Assembly (NCBI GenBank): GCA_013265495.1
Contig: MU058009.1
Span: 1,862,001-1,926,000 of the forward strand
Source of the DNA: Vicugna vicugna
Taxonomy: Eukaryota
Direction: 5' to 3'
DNA: 64,000 nt
Shown here: piece by piece, positions 25,388 through 39,190 of the stretch
Layout of the letters: every line of letters starts with the position of its first letter
Position numbering within the stretch: position 1 is the first letter of the stretch
Notes under the pieces: model-generated
What the model saw: only the letters and a program-made list of their open reading frames with translations
The model's database searches: none
Told to the model about the DNA's origin: nothing
Translations under genes and position numbers: made by a program

Positions 25388-27264
25388 GTACCTGTCTCTG
25401 ACGTGTAAACCCTCCTCTGCGGCCACTGACTCCGCGTGGTCACGGGAGGCTTTAGACCAAATACTGCATTTTGGCTCGTTCGTAGAACCCTGTATTTGAC
25501 TCTCTGTGACAGATCTGTGAATTGGGTAACTGGCACTGGAATCAGGTAGAGACTTGCTGGATACTAGATACTAGAGGGGGGAGGAACCTAGAAATTAAAA
25601 TGCCTCCTTTTGTAAAATAAAGACGCTGAGACCCAAAAAGGTGAAGTGGTTTGCCGAAGGCCACTTGGCTGGCTTATGGGAGAACTAGAGCTGTAACCCC
25701 AGACTCCCAGGTTGCTGTCCAAGCCCTTTATGCTTCACCAGGCCTCATCAATGATGGATCTACTTAACAATTAAGGCAGAGGAATTTTAAAACCATGGAA
25801 TTGGAGACTCTTTGGCATTGAAGTGGAACCTGGAGACATCTAGGCCTATAACATTCTTCTGTAACATCTCAGTCTTATGAGTACCTCACCTCCACTTGAA
25901 TACTTGTAGCAACAGGGAGCCTCACTACCTTGCAAGGCCAGAGTCCCCACTTCCTGGATCATCCACTCAAGCTTCCCAGTTTGCCCACCAGAGAAGTCTC
26001 CCTCCCATGCTCTCCGAAGGTCCCTCACATACCTGAAGACAGCGGCTGTGCCCTACTCGGGTCACAGCTGAGATTAAGCTTTGAACAAGCCATTGCTTCG
26101 GACGGACAGATGTTGTGTCCCATCTCCACTGAAGATAAGCAAGAAAAGTCGGCCTGCATTTCATCAGGAAGGCTAAGCACTTTCTGACTGTGAATCACGA
26201 GTCAGACAGAGAGGATCTGACACAGAGGACTTAAAGAATCCCCAACAACAGCCAAATTAGACGTTACCTGCCAGAAATATCTCAGCCGTCATGCCATGGG
26301 GATCGCAGGGGGCAGACTCAGTAGCCTTCAGGACTCTGCAAGTTAACTCGTGATTGTCAGCAAAAACCCCCAAATCACATTGATTTTTTTAAATTACAAT
26401 TATAGTTGCAAAAACAGCAAAATTGTACCAAACATATGGCAACGTGGCCAAGGTGGGAACCAGCTCTCCACCGTGATTTCCTCACCTGAAAAAAAAGACC
26501 AACCTCACATAAGCCCGTATTGCAAAGATTTCCTTTGCAGCTAAATAATCACATCAGTTTAAGGAAGCTGAGAAATTAGGAGTAATCATTCTATAGCTAA
26601 AATAGAAATTCTGGTTGGTGTTGACATTTCTGAGCTTAAAAATCACAAAATGCTGTACTAGAAGGGAGTTGGGGAGTCCAGGGGCCCAATCCATCATTTT
26701 GTGGATGAGAAAATAGATACCCAGAGACCATCCAGGGAGTTAGTTCGTTTATAACTTAGCTGAGCTTGAACTCAGGCTGCTTGATTTCCAGACTTTTTTT
26801 TTTTAATGTAACATCAGAAAAGGAGAGACGTGTGAGGTGGTTAGTGGGGGAGGCAGCGCTTTTAAAGACTAGTCAGCATTGGACCTTCTTTAAGCCCCTT
26901 TAGTAAGCCATCTTTCACCTTATCCAGGATGAGTGCATATTAGCCAGCTCCTTTCCAAATGGTTTTATTATTCTGTTTTAGGTGATGACAGCATTATCTA
27001 CAAATTTTAGACACCAAATCTGAAAAAAAATGATACTATTTTATGTTACTATTCCATGTTGTTTCTGTAATTATGGGGATAAAGACCGTAGCGCTGGTCA
27101 AGGTCTTCGAGGTCTGCAAATAAAAACCAGGGCAGTTCTCTGACATCAGGCTTTCCTATGCTATTGAAATAAAAGTATGAGCCCTTGGGGTATTCTTATT
27201 GTTAATGCTGTTGTTTTTCTATTTTTAATAACAGTGAAGCCAATTTTCTTTTTTGTTTCCTTAG

Positions 27265-27312
27265 ATCCATATCAGATCCTGGGCCCGACCAGCAGTCGTC
27301 TAGCCAATCCCG
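27265..27312 (+). CDS. FLI1: FLI1 internal coding exon (human exon 8), 48 bp
   Basis: Acceptor ttgtttccttag| and donor |gtgagt. Translates (D)PYQILGPTSSRLANP(G). Confidence 0.97.
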
Positions 27313-28428
27313 GTGAGTTTACTTGGGTTTACTTTGGCCTCCGGGGTTGCCTTCCAGAACATTCCATAGCTTTGTGAGGCCGCAGAGGCTTCTTAAGTGT
27401 CCTAAGTTCAGGCTCCTGACCGGGGAGTAGCATGTACTTCTTGAAATGTTCGACACCTGTTTCTTTAGTGGACGGGTGAGAGGACACGGCTTGTCATTAG
27501 GTGGCAATAATGTCCGTTGGCTGAAACTCCTTCTGGACAATGAAGATACTAGCACTGACTATCCGCACTGGGATCAGGTTAAATTTCAGTAAGGAAAGAT
27601 GGGGCAGGGACGGGGGACAAGGGAACAGTTCCAGCAGTCCCAGCCAGCCCTCAGTGACCTTCACCATACACTGCACATACACTGGAATGTGTATCCCAGA
27701 GGTGCATCAGCCTTGATTTGAGAACGTGTTGCTGAGTTATCCGGCTTTATGAAGAAGGCTGCAGATAATATAAACTTGACGTGTTTTCAGGGCTTATTAT
27801 TAAAATAACTCTCAAATGAGTTTTAACCCAAGCTCACCTCCCATTTGAGCTCAGAAGCCCTTTGCAATAGTGAGGCCGGCACCTTCCCCCACCTCAGCCC
27901 ACAGGGAAGTCATGCTGCCCGCGTCTCGAGGCCGTTCCTTAGTGTCGGCCCCTCCTGCTCAGAGGACAGAGAAGCCACCCAGCTCCTTCTCTTCTTTTTC
28001 TCCCTCCGCCCAAGTTCTTCTCTGTAGAACTTACAGCAGAGAGCGAAACCTGAGGGCTCAGGAACAGTCCGGGTCTCCTCAGCCTAACTGGCTATCACAT
28101 CCTCTCGCTGGGGCTCTGGCCTTGACGGGGAATATCTTGAGCAGGACCCATCACTGAGTGGAGAGGACACAGTGATTCAGGCCTTTATAGATAATGAGAT
28201 TCAAACACCCTGCCCAAAGCGGTGGGGAGTGGCTTGCCCCCAGTCACACAGCTGGGTCCAGCCTGGTTATCCACTGCGAATCTCACCAAGTCTGGGGCAG
28301 ATCATCTTATGATCTGACTCTGCTGATCATGCCAGTCTCAGTGGCAAGCGGATTCTGAATGGAAAAGGAGATGAAGGGCTTCTTATCCACGGTGGGCGGG
28401 CCCTTGCACCTGGGAAACCGGGTTCTGA

Positions 28429-29007
<579 letters not shown>

Positions 29008-30490
29008 CAGCTCCATCATCCATCTGTGGCCTTCTCGCTGGAGCCCCACCTCTCACACTTCCTGGTGGCCTCGCAAGGACCGAGGCGGGCTGGAAGAGAA
29101 AACAGAACTGGACGTTCTTTCCTGTAGGAGAGAACCTTTGTATTTGCCCCTTAAAAACAACCCTCCTTTTTTCCCCCCTTTTTTAACGTTGGTAACTCTT
29201 GCTTCCTTTACCTTGAACAAAGAGATGGATCATTCCACGGGCCAGTATGCCAGTTTTGAGTCTCAATCACCTGCCATCTTACGAGCTGAATATTTAGATT
29301 ACTGGAATGGTTGTATCATGGTTCTGGGAAAGAAACTGTAGATTTTCTTTACATTTTTTTTTAGGACCAAAGCAGTTTCTGATCAGCACACGGGTCTCCT
29401 CTTGGACCTTGAAGGGTTCAGTGTGATTACAGAATCATGGACGTAACCAGTTATGCTCTGGTTTGAGACAGTGAAAACAGAGGCAGGAAGCTTATAACCT
29501 TCTTTTAGGAAGACCTAATTCAGTGGATGGCAACTGGAACACTGGTTGTAAGGCCAGTGAAGTTTTCACCCAACTGGAATTTAAGAGAGAGAACAAGTGC
29601 GTGTATTTAAGAAGCTACGGGCATTGCAAAATTCTTCTCAGTTGTCAATAACTAGGCACTAGGCTGACCATTCTCTCTAGAAATAGTCAAGACATGAGCT
29701 AAGAAATGTTAATGCACATGCAGACATTCCTGAAAGACAGAGAGTCAAATAGCTTTTTTTTTTTTTTAAATAATGACAGTGGGTCCCAGAACTTTGAAAA
29801 GTCGTAGGGATTTCTAGACACAAGCAGATTCACAAGTGCTGTGCGCTTGTTAGAACATCAGTCCAGGGTCCACCAACCAGAAGGCAACTTACTGTATAAA
29901 TTATGCAGAGTTATTTTCCTATATCCTGCAGTATTAAAAGTAAATAAGTAAAAAGTTAAAAAGAATAAAGAAACGAGTTGACCTCGGTCACAGATACAGT
30001 GTGACTATCAGTCAGTTGTTATTTTTTTAAATGTAATTTGTACATCTTTTGTCAATCTGTACATTTGGGCTGTTTGTATGTTTTTATACCTGGTTTTTAA
30101 AAAGCATAATGTGACTTATTGCTAGAAAGGAAATGGGACATTGGAGTCACTGACTTAACTAGAAAGAGAAGCACTGGTGTGGTTATTTAACGAGCAAGCT
30201 CAAGCAGGCAAAGGTGATCCCTTTAAACGGTTAACGCTTTTGAAATGTTTGTAAATAACCAAACTGCAGTCGTCGCAGCTCTGAAGAGAACAACCAAATG
30301 CTCCCTTGTGGATACGAGGGCCTTTTCCTGCCCTATATATACAATATATTTTTTAGATATTAAAATATATATAATTTTGCAGGTAATCGTTGACTTTTTT
30401 AAACTATATTAAGTCGTAAGCTGACAACTGTCAATGAAGACTATGTTGTAAAATAAATTGACAAAATAAATTGTGCCTTCTTCTCTCGGA
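29008..30490 (+). other. FLI1: FLI1 3' UTR (end approximate)
   Basis: AT-rich sequence free of recognisable repeats after the stop codon. AATAAA at 29964-29969, 30452-30457 and 30465-30470. Confidence 0.75.
30452..30470 (+). terminator. Tandem polyadenylation signals of FLI1
   Basis: Two AATAAA hexamers, followed by T/GT-rich sequence (ttgtgccttcttct...tgtcttcttgtttg). Confidence 0.65.
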
Positions 30491-30669
30491 ACTGAGGATA
30501 CTGTCTTCTTGTTTGCAGCCACGTACTCCCCCACCCCCAGCCCCGCCCCCTCGCCTTCAGGCGAGGGTTTCCCAGGGGACCTTTCCTACCGCCCTTTTCT
30601 CATGGCTACATACAGCAGAAAGGACAAAATCGATTGGTTTATTGTTGTCCTTGTATGTGGTTGTTGGTA

Positions 30670-31081
30670 CCGCTAGTCAGGGGTCTCCAGAGAAACAGAA
30701 CCAGGAGGCTAGCTACGGAGATTTATTGTGTCCCATCGGCTGCAAGCTGGACACCTCGGGAAGCCGGTGGTATGTGGGGTGGTATGTGGTTCCAGGCGGC
30801 ATGCGAAGGCCTGAGGCCCAGGAGGGTGTAAATCCCAGCCCGAGGGCAGGAGAAAAGTCCCACCTCCAGCTGGGGGAGAGGGAGCCAAAGGGAGCATTCC
30901 TCCTTGCTCGCCTTTCGCTCTGTTCGGAGCCTGTTTGATTGGAAGAGGCCCGTGGGGTAATCTATCCCATTGAGCTCACATATTCACATGTTCCTCTCAG
31001 TGGGAAACACCCACACGCACCTACCCGGAAACACTACTTCACTTTGGCCACAGTCAAATCGATACTTAAAATTAACCTTCA
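30670..31081. mobile_element. MLT2-type (ERVL) solo LTR just downstream of the FLI1 poly(A) signals
   Basis: tagtcagggtctccagagaaacagaacca...ctgcaagctggacacc...cagtcaaatcgatacttaaaattaacc. Confidence 0.7.
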
Positions 31082-33973
31082 GGTTGTTGATGATGTTTGC
31101 CGAGGTGGTTTTTGTTTTAATGTTATTTAAATCGTCCTCCAGCCTAAAAAGGGTTTTACTGGATGACAGCCAAGACCACAGATAACCTGTGTCCAAGAAC
31201 CAGAACAAAGCAAACAGGTCCACCAGGATGGACCTTGTCCGCTGGCCTTCACTCTTGCATCCACTGAGCACCTCCAACCTGACGGCCGTCCCCCTGATGC
31301 TCCAGCAGAGAATAAGATGACCCCCTCCCGCTGGTCCTGTGCAGGAGTTTATAGCCCAGGCAGATTTTTAAGGTCCTTCTCCTTTCCAAAAAAGAAACTT
31401 GCCTCAAATCGTTAATCGCTACTGTTAAGTAGCTCATTTTCATTTCCTCTGTTTAATAATGAAAACAAATGAGGCCTGGAAAGTCCTTGATGTTGTGAGA
31501 AATTAGACTCATGGCATTGGTAGCTCTGTAATCTTGCCTGGGTCACACCGGGTACCTTCTAGACAACTTGCCTACCTGAACAAAATGAGAAGTGTTCCAA
31601 AACTTTGGTCTCCAATTTTTTTTCTTTTAATTTGCAGCCTACCATTAAAAAAAAAGTGTTAAGCAAACAGTCTCAGTGGATGCACATAGATTTATAAATC
31701 ATATATACAAATGGTTACATTATTATTATTTATATTAGAAAACAAACACAAAATAGAACATTTGAAAGAGTGATATAAAAATAAATTGAAACTGAAGTTC
31801 TAAAAGTTTCTTCCTGTTTTCTGTGTGTTGCACGTCTCCCGCTGTCAGCACTCAGTAAGAAAGCTAGTCTTTAGAGACCCGAACATCTGTATGAGTTTAC
31901 CAGTGGGCTTCTAAGAAAAGAGAAAATTTAAAAACTCAGTAAAAGTGGCCTAAGCATAGAAAAATAAATGATAAAGGCTGGGATTTTAGGACTGGTCTAG
32001 GTGGATTCTTTCTCAAATCTCCATCTCAGCCAAGTTTTTCCCATCAATTTTGAAATCTACAATGTAATCATTAGGGGAAATAGAGGCAGCTACTTCCCAC
32101 TGCTGTGAGAAGGATGGGCTGCCCAGACCATCGGAAGGTCACCCCTTTAAGAACTTTATTAATGTGCCTTTTTCGAGCACTGGCTAAGGTTCATCACCTC
32201 CACAAAGTCTTAGAACTTCGGTGAAATCTTGCCCTTAGAATTTGTTCCCCAATGATTTATTCCATATTTGGAGAGTTGGTCCACTCAGGACCAGGACATC
32301 ATTGCCTTCTTTTAGGCATTTATATGGAGCGAGATCTGGCCGCTGGTCCCTAGTAAAGCCCGAATTTGGGGTTTACTTTCTTACTCCAGGGCACCCTGCT
32401 GACTAGCTGCAGAGGACAAATAGGACCTTCACCATCCTGGTTGCTAGTCCAGTCTTTTCCACACTCAGCCATCCTGTCCCAAGGCTGCGAAGTGCGTTCA
32501 GTCTAACACAGAGTACAAGCCAAGCAGAGAGGAGCGCGGCAAGCCCGTGAGCAGCTCTAAGGGAGATAGTTCTTCCCCACGGTTTAGGCTGGACAACAGC
32601 CCTTTTGAGCAGGAAGTCACTTTTGTTTTCAGTGCAAAAAAAATATTGTTGATTCCCAGGCAAAGGAAGCTACATTTTCAATGTCTGTTGTTTCACATTT
32701 TTAATGGTGCATGACCAGTAGACACGTAATGACACCTCACATGATTCTTTTATTTAATCCATGGTATTACAGTTAACTGAACCATCTGTGTGTACTGTGT
32801 TTATTTAGTCCAAGAGTAATCCATGACGTGTGGGCCGTCACACGAGCTGTCACTACTTTGGACCAAATGAGAACACGAGGTTCTGGAACATCAGGGCACA
32901 AAAGAACATCCAACTACCCGCCGCCAAGGAGCTGCCGGGCCAAGGCGGTGGTTAGTGAGGAGATTAGAAAAAAGCAAAACAAAACAAAATGCAGCTTTCT
33001 GTAAGTGGTCTGTTGGTTTAGTTTCACACTCTACTTCCTCTAAAATCTATTATTAACAGCCATCACGTAAACATGTTACCTTAGAAACTATTGAAAAGGT
33101 ACCACTTTAGGAAGTAACCCTTGAGCGAGGACCCAACCCTGCTGCACACCTGGCGGGGATTCGCCTCCCAGAGTTTCCTTCACCATCAACAGCAGCCCAG
33201 CCCTCCCTCAGGAGGCAGTCATGGTGTCTAGCATCCCTGGAAGGAGACGGGAGGTAATAAAGAACTGGAATGGGGGGCAGGAGACAGGGTTCCAGCTCTT
33301 ATCCAGGAAGAACTTTGTGTTTTGCAAAAAAGTACACCGGCCACTTCATCATACAGAAAGCTACTGAAATCAACACCGTGCCCTTCACCCAGGGAGTCCC
33401 GCTGAAGGATAACGAAAGGTCGGCGGGTTTTACGACTACAAATCCCAGGCTCCCTTGGGAGACAGACACTTCGGAGAGGAAGTGGTTTAGCCAGCCAACC
33501 CTCTAGGGTTTCAGCCAATTGAGAAAGACTGCAGAGGGAAGCTTTCAAAAGGAATGTCGGCTCCCAGGCCTGGGGTCTGTCTCCCGCTCTCACTCTTACT
33601 TGGCCTCCTGTCTAATTGTTTCAGTCTGTCTGAGCTGGTAAATTCCTAAGCACACAGTCCATTTACACTTTGCTTAAAAGCTCTGGGGGGAAACAGAAAA
33701 AGTTTCCAGTGAGACCGCTCACCTACAATTGTTAACCGAACCCTCTGGATTTTAACTGAGTTACCTAATGTGTTTTCTTAGCGGAAGGAGAGAGTCAAGT
33801 TAGGGAGATAAATGAGCGGGGATGTAACGCCAGAGGCCCTGGCTTCAAATTCTGGCCCTTCCAACTTCTAGGCAAACATCTCCGCACCTACGAACTGGGG
33901 AGCTGAGTAATTTCTCCTGCAAGAGAGCCTGTGACACACGTGGAAAAGCCTTTACAAGATACTGTACAGGAGG

Positions 33974-34017
33974 TATATATCTGCATATATATATATATAT
34001 ATATGTATGAATATGTA

Positions 34018-34056
<39 letters not shown>

Positions 34057-34064
34057 ATGCGTGT
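33974..34064. repeat. Compound (TA)n(TG)n(CG)n microsatellite
   Basis: Seen directly in the sequence. Confidence 0.9.
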
Positions 34065-34083
34065 CTCCATGTACATATGTGAA

Positions 34084-34176
34084 TTTTTTCTTCTTTTTTT
34101 AATGGAGGTGCTTGGGACTGAACCCAGGACCTCATGCATGCTAAGCACGTGCTCTACCACTGAGCTGTAGCCCCCC
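34084..34176 (-). mobile_element. tRNA-Ala(AGC)-derived SINE, short form (vic-1-like)
   Basis: Minus strand GGGGCTACAGCTCAGTGGTAGAGCACGTGCTTAGCATGCATGAGGTCCTGGGTTCAGTCCCAAGCACCTCCA, followed by an A-rich tail. Confidence 0.85.
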
Positions 34177-34604
34177 TTTATATATGTATATATATAATCA
34201 CTGTTACTTGTTAGTATTTGCCAGGTTTTTCCTAGAACTTTTATTAAGTCCTTGGTAACCAGGGCACTCTGTTTGGACAGTTCAGTACAGTGTAGATTTT
34301 GGTTTACGGTCAGAAAGGCATTTTCCGAATGAGTGACAAGTGGGAGTAAATTGGACGTTTCCAGGGAGCCACTGTGTCTTCCCCCTTCCCGGCCCTCACC
34401 GCACCCCACCTTGGGCTGCCGCCTGTGCCTGGCTCTGTGCACACCTAGAGTCAGCAGACCATGCTTCCGAGCCACAGGATGCTGCAGATAAACTGAGATT
34501 GTTGTGAAGAAACATTTCTTTGTCAGAAATGCTGGGTTGGGTTTTCAAATCAGCTAAGAAATAGAGGCTGGGCACTGGGATTTTACGCCTAGTAAGCTGG
34601 GGTG

Positions 34605-34639
<35 letters not shown>

Positions 34640-35084
34640 TTTTTGCAGACCTGAAGAGCCTGTAAGCTCCAGGAGAGAAGAGACTCTGTTTGCTGCATTC
34701 GTTCGTGGCCACACACGGCTACTGGTCAGTAGCTGTATGTTGAGTGAATACATAAAGAACAGGGTCAGAGTCAGAGAGATCCGGGCATAAGCCCAGCGTT
34801 TCCCTGCCCTAATTGTTATGCCGTCTCTGAACTTGATTCCCTGTCTGTAAAATGAGGATTATAGTCACAACCATACAAGGTTATCACCAGAGTTAAGGAA
34901 GAGACTGTAAGTAAAACTGTTCTGTATGTTGAAAAGAACTACGAAAATGTAAGATGCTGTCTTGGCTGATGAGCAGTTCCTCTTTATGATTCAAAACTCT
35001 GTCCAGGTCTCTTCTCTGTCACCCGAAGACAGAGGAGTAAACCACGCTGCTCTATTCTCCCGTGTATTACAAATACACCTTTTA

Positions 35085-35370
35085 AAAAAAATTTTATTGA
35101 AGTATAGTCAGTTTACAATGTTACATCAATTTCTAGTGTACAGCATAATGGTTCAGTCATATGTACGCATATATATATATTCCTTTTCATATTCTTTTTT
35201 ATTATAGGTTACTATAAGATATCAAATATAGCTCCCTGTGCTGCACAGAAGAAACTTGCTGTTTATCTATTTTATATATAGTCATTGGTATCTGCAAATC
35301 TCGAACCCCCAGTTTATCCCTTTCCACCCCCTTTCCCCCTCTGGTAACCGTAAGTTTGTTTTCTATGTCC
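35085..35370 (-). mobile_element. L1 3' end fragment
   Basis: ttttattgaagtatagtcagtttacaatg...tccctgtgctgcacag...ggtaaccgtaagtttgttttctatgtc. Confidence 0.85.
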
Positions 35371-35537
35371 TTTTTCAACTCAAAAAGTTGTAAAAGCTTA
35401 AAACAGTCACAAATTTAGAGAAAAGTTGGAACAGCACAGAGAACATTTTTATGGATCCATCTGAGAGTGGGTTGTTAACCTCAGGCTCCGTCATGGCCAA
35501 ACACTTGAGTGTGTATTTCCTACAAACAACAACATTT

Positions 35538-35745
35538 TGCAGATACTAACTAATATATACAAAATAGGTAAATAACAAGTTCACACTGTGCAGTACAGGG
35601 AACTATGTTCAATATCTTGTAGTAACTTACGTGAAGAAGAACATGAAAACGAATGTATGTATGTTCCTGTGTGACTGAAGCGTTGTCCTGTCCACCAGAA
35701 ACTGACCCAACATTGTGAACTGACTGTACTTCAATAAAAATACAT
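35538..35745 (+). mobile_element. L1 3' end fragment nested in an older L1M remnant (~35375-36190)
   Basis: gcagatactaactaatatatacaaaatagg...cagggaactatgttcaatatcttgtagtaac...tgactgtacttcaataaaaa. Confidence 0.8.
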
Positions 35746-38700
35746 TTTTAAAAATTCTCCCACGTGGTCTGGAACAAACTTGGCAATCAGAAGATTCGCA
35801 TGGACAGATGACGACCGTGCAATCCTCAGGCCCTACTCAGAGTTCACTAGAAACTCCACCGTTTCTTGGCTTTTGCAAAAAAAAAAACCTCATCCAGAAT
35901 CACTCATTGCAATCAGTTGTCATGTGCCCTTAGTCTGGGACACTCCCAACTTTCTCTGACTTCCAGGACTTTGACAACATTGAATATCACAGGCCGGTTA
36001 TTTTGCAGAATGGCCCTCAACCCAGGGCTGTCTCCACGATGAGATGCAGGTTAGGCACCTCCAACAGAAATATCACAGTGACCCTGCCACCTTCTCCTCG
36101 CCTCTGACAGCTTCAGTCTACCCCAGGAGTGACAATGTTCATTCTGATGATTGGGGTATGGTGCCTGCCAGCCTTCTCCACTGCAAAGGGGTCGCTCCCC
36201 TCCACTCGGGCACTAACATTGCCCCCCAGGACATGCCACGTGGTACCCGGCTCAGACTCTGATACCACTGCACTCTGATACTTACCTTGCTCTGCTCCAC
36301 TTACAGCTTCAGGAATAAGTATTTCAGGAAGGGAAGGAAAAGGGAAGAAAGGAAAAGGAAAGAAAGCAGAGAAATGGAAGGACCATGAACACACACAGAA
36401 GACTGCACATCTCTCTCTGCTGTGTGGATGTGTCGGCTGTGGGTGGGGACAGGGGACAACAAGACTCACTGATTTGTGGTTGTTGCCTGCCTCTGCATTC
36501 CCCAGCCAAATGTATGTGTGTGTGTGTGTGTGTATACACATGTGCACAAGGGCTTGCACACACACACACACACATGCACCTTTTAAGGTGCAGAATCTGC
36601 AGCACTGTTAGAGGAAAGAGAGAGAGGGATGGAAGTTAACTACAGAGACCACAAGTTAGGAGCTAGTTCAGAATGGGGGACAGATGGAGAAAATGAAATT
36701 TTAAAACCCTGGGCTGGGGATTCAGGGGGATGATTGGAAAGGGGAGAACGGACGGGATATGGCTGTGAGTGTGGAAACACAATGCTCTGGGATATATAAT
36801 TAATCTTTTCTGGTAGGATTACCAGAATAAAAATGGCATGACTTTGTATTAATTTTGGTTTGGGGGCAGTGCTAAGAGAGCAAGTTGAGACCCCAGGATG
36901 TATTTGTGTTTGAAGATCTGTGTCCTCCCTTAGACTACAGGGACCCGAAGGGCAGGAACTGGGTGTTATTTTTTTTCTTCTTATTCCTAGCACCTAACAA
37001 GTGCCTGGCTTTCTAGAAGAATCCGATATACGTCTGTTGTCTGTCAAAGTGCACCTGCCGGAGAAATTGTCCAGGCGCAGCTGCCCAGCAACTCTGAGAG
37101 GCAGGTGGGGCTTCTGCTCTGCTTCCTTAGGGTTAATTCCAGAGATCCACAGAGAAAATAAAGAACTTGGAAGATACAGTCAGAGGGGAAGACCAGAGCA
37201 CTGTTATAATTTGCTGGCAATTTCTACCAAGTCAGCGTTTGGTGCTAATTGGTTTCCCCAGAAGACGAAGTATTTCTCTTCCCCAGTGATCATTATGTTG
37301 CCCAGAGGCCCTGGTTTTCAGAAATGTTTAATCAAGCATCACATATATTCTAGGAATACTTTCCAGACACCCCAGCGTTTCCTGAAAACTTCCCCTCTTT
37401 TGCTCTTTCTCTGTCTTTTTTAGGACCTTCTACTTAGCTAGCATTTTTCTGAGTACCTCAAAGTTTTGTCTTAAAAAAAAAAAAGTCATATGACCACTAG
37501 GAAACGAATTTGCACCAAACCTCCAGCTGAGAGCTTTAAAATAGTGGAGCATGCAGACTCTCTAACTACGGGGAGTTAGTGTGTAAGGAAGAAATATGAA
37601 TTTCCCTCTAGTTTCCGAAAAGCAAAGTTGATTGGATTGTAGCTTAAACGTGCCTTCCAAAGAGGATTTCTGACGATTCTCAGGCTTTTCCTTTCACACT
37701 GAATCTTTACAGACTTCAGTGATTACCTGATCAGAATCCGCACAAAACTCCAACGGATCCTATTTTACAAGTGGAGGACTGCCACTTGTGCTCAGAGCCA
37801 ACCCGCCAAGGTTTTGGGCAAAGAGGAGAGCAGGGGGTCTCTGTCCCGTCTCCGTCAGGAGCCTCACGGCCAAAGACATGGCCATCCCCTGTCCTGGCAT
37901 GATCAGGAGACCGTGTCCCCAAAGAATCAAGCCCCTCAGCTCTGGGAGGATTTGGCTAATTCCAAGAGGGAAACCCTGAGTATTTGTAGAGCTTCCAGAA
38001 AACTCTAAAAATGCCATAAACATCACATTTGCATCCAAGGTGCACTTAGGTTATATCTTGCTTTGTGAGAAATATTTGTTTTCGGGAGGTCAGTTGTTCA
38101 GTTTATTGAGAGTTCATTACAAACGGCCACACAGCTTTGCACTGGCAAAGGGCCAAAATGCAATGCAAGGAAAACTAGAGTCAAACTCTGGCCTCATAAC
38201 TCACATGCAGTAGGTCCCAAGAGGGAGCCCATGCCATCACCAGCATTTTGGTCAATCAGAGGGATGGACAAACATCCTTTGTGTATGAGTTCCTGCTGGA
38301 TTTCCTGGGAGAAACTATGACAAAAAGACAGAGGAACTGATCCTTGGTTCCCAGGACATACGTTTAACAACCTTAATGCAAAAGTGTTAGTTTGCTCAGA
38401 GTCAGAGCATCTTCAGAAGGCGAAAACTGTCCCTCGCTAAATCTTCCTCCATCTCGGTCTCTTGAGAAAAGAATGGAAAAATTGGCCTAATCATGGAATT
38501 TCCTGGTCTAAGCGGATTTACAGCCCAAGATTCAGCGGATGACCCAGGTCGTAAGTGCTGGCTGCACAGCAAATTCAATTACCCCAGATTCCAACACGCC
38601 ACCCTCCTTCCTGTCCCTCACCCCTTTCTTATCGTAATCTTTCCTGGGCCACCACCCCCCACCGGGTCTTCAGAGCCCAAGTTTACTCTCTGCAAGCGCA

Positions 38701-38984
38701 GAGCTAAGAATCAGTGCTTGAGGTCGCCTCCCCAGCGGGAGGAGACCATGTTCCCGACGAGGAGCCGTGGCATCAGCGCAGCCCCGGCCTGGCCCAGTCA
38801 GCGCGAAGACACAGCAGCCCAGTGCTGTCCCCTCTGTCCAGCCATCTCCAAGGATGGGGAGGACGGCATCAGGGGATGACAAGTCATTATTCAGGATTTT
38901 ACAGCCAATCCTCTGACAGCACGGAAGCCCTTGCTGACAGACCAAGAAGAAAAACTCCTGAAAATTTTATCTGCTGACGTTTTT

Positions 38985-39190
38985 TCGTTTGTTTGTTAAT
39001 TGAAATCTAGTTGATTTTCAATGTTGTGTTAGCTTCTGGTGTACAGCAAAGTGATTCAGTTATGCATATATATATATATTCTTTGCCAGATTCTTTTTCA
39101 TTTTAGGTTATTACAAGCTATTGAATATGGTTTCCTGTGCTGTACAGTAGGACCTTGCTGATTATCTACTCTGTATATAGTAGTTTGTGT
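38985..39190 (-). mobile_element. L1 3' end fragment
   Basis: tagttgattttcaatgttgtgttagcttctggtgtacagcaaagtgattcag...cctgtgctgtacagtaggaccttg. Confidence 0.85.

Noticed and set aside
34103..34175. Functional tRNA-Ala(AGC) gene
   Set aside because: Mismatches in the acceptor and T stems, an altered B box, an A-rich tail instead of a T terminator, and a second related copy all indicate a SINE.
36325..36380. GGAA-rich tract as an EWS-FLI1-type microsatellite
   Set aside because: Irregular purine run without consecutive GGAA units.
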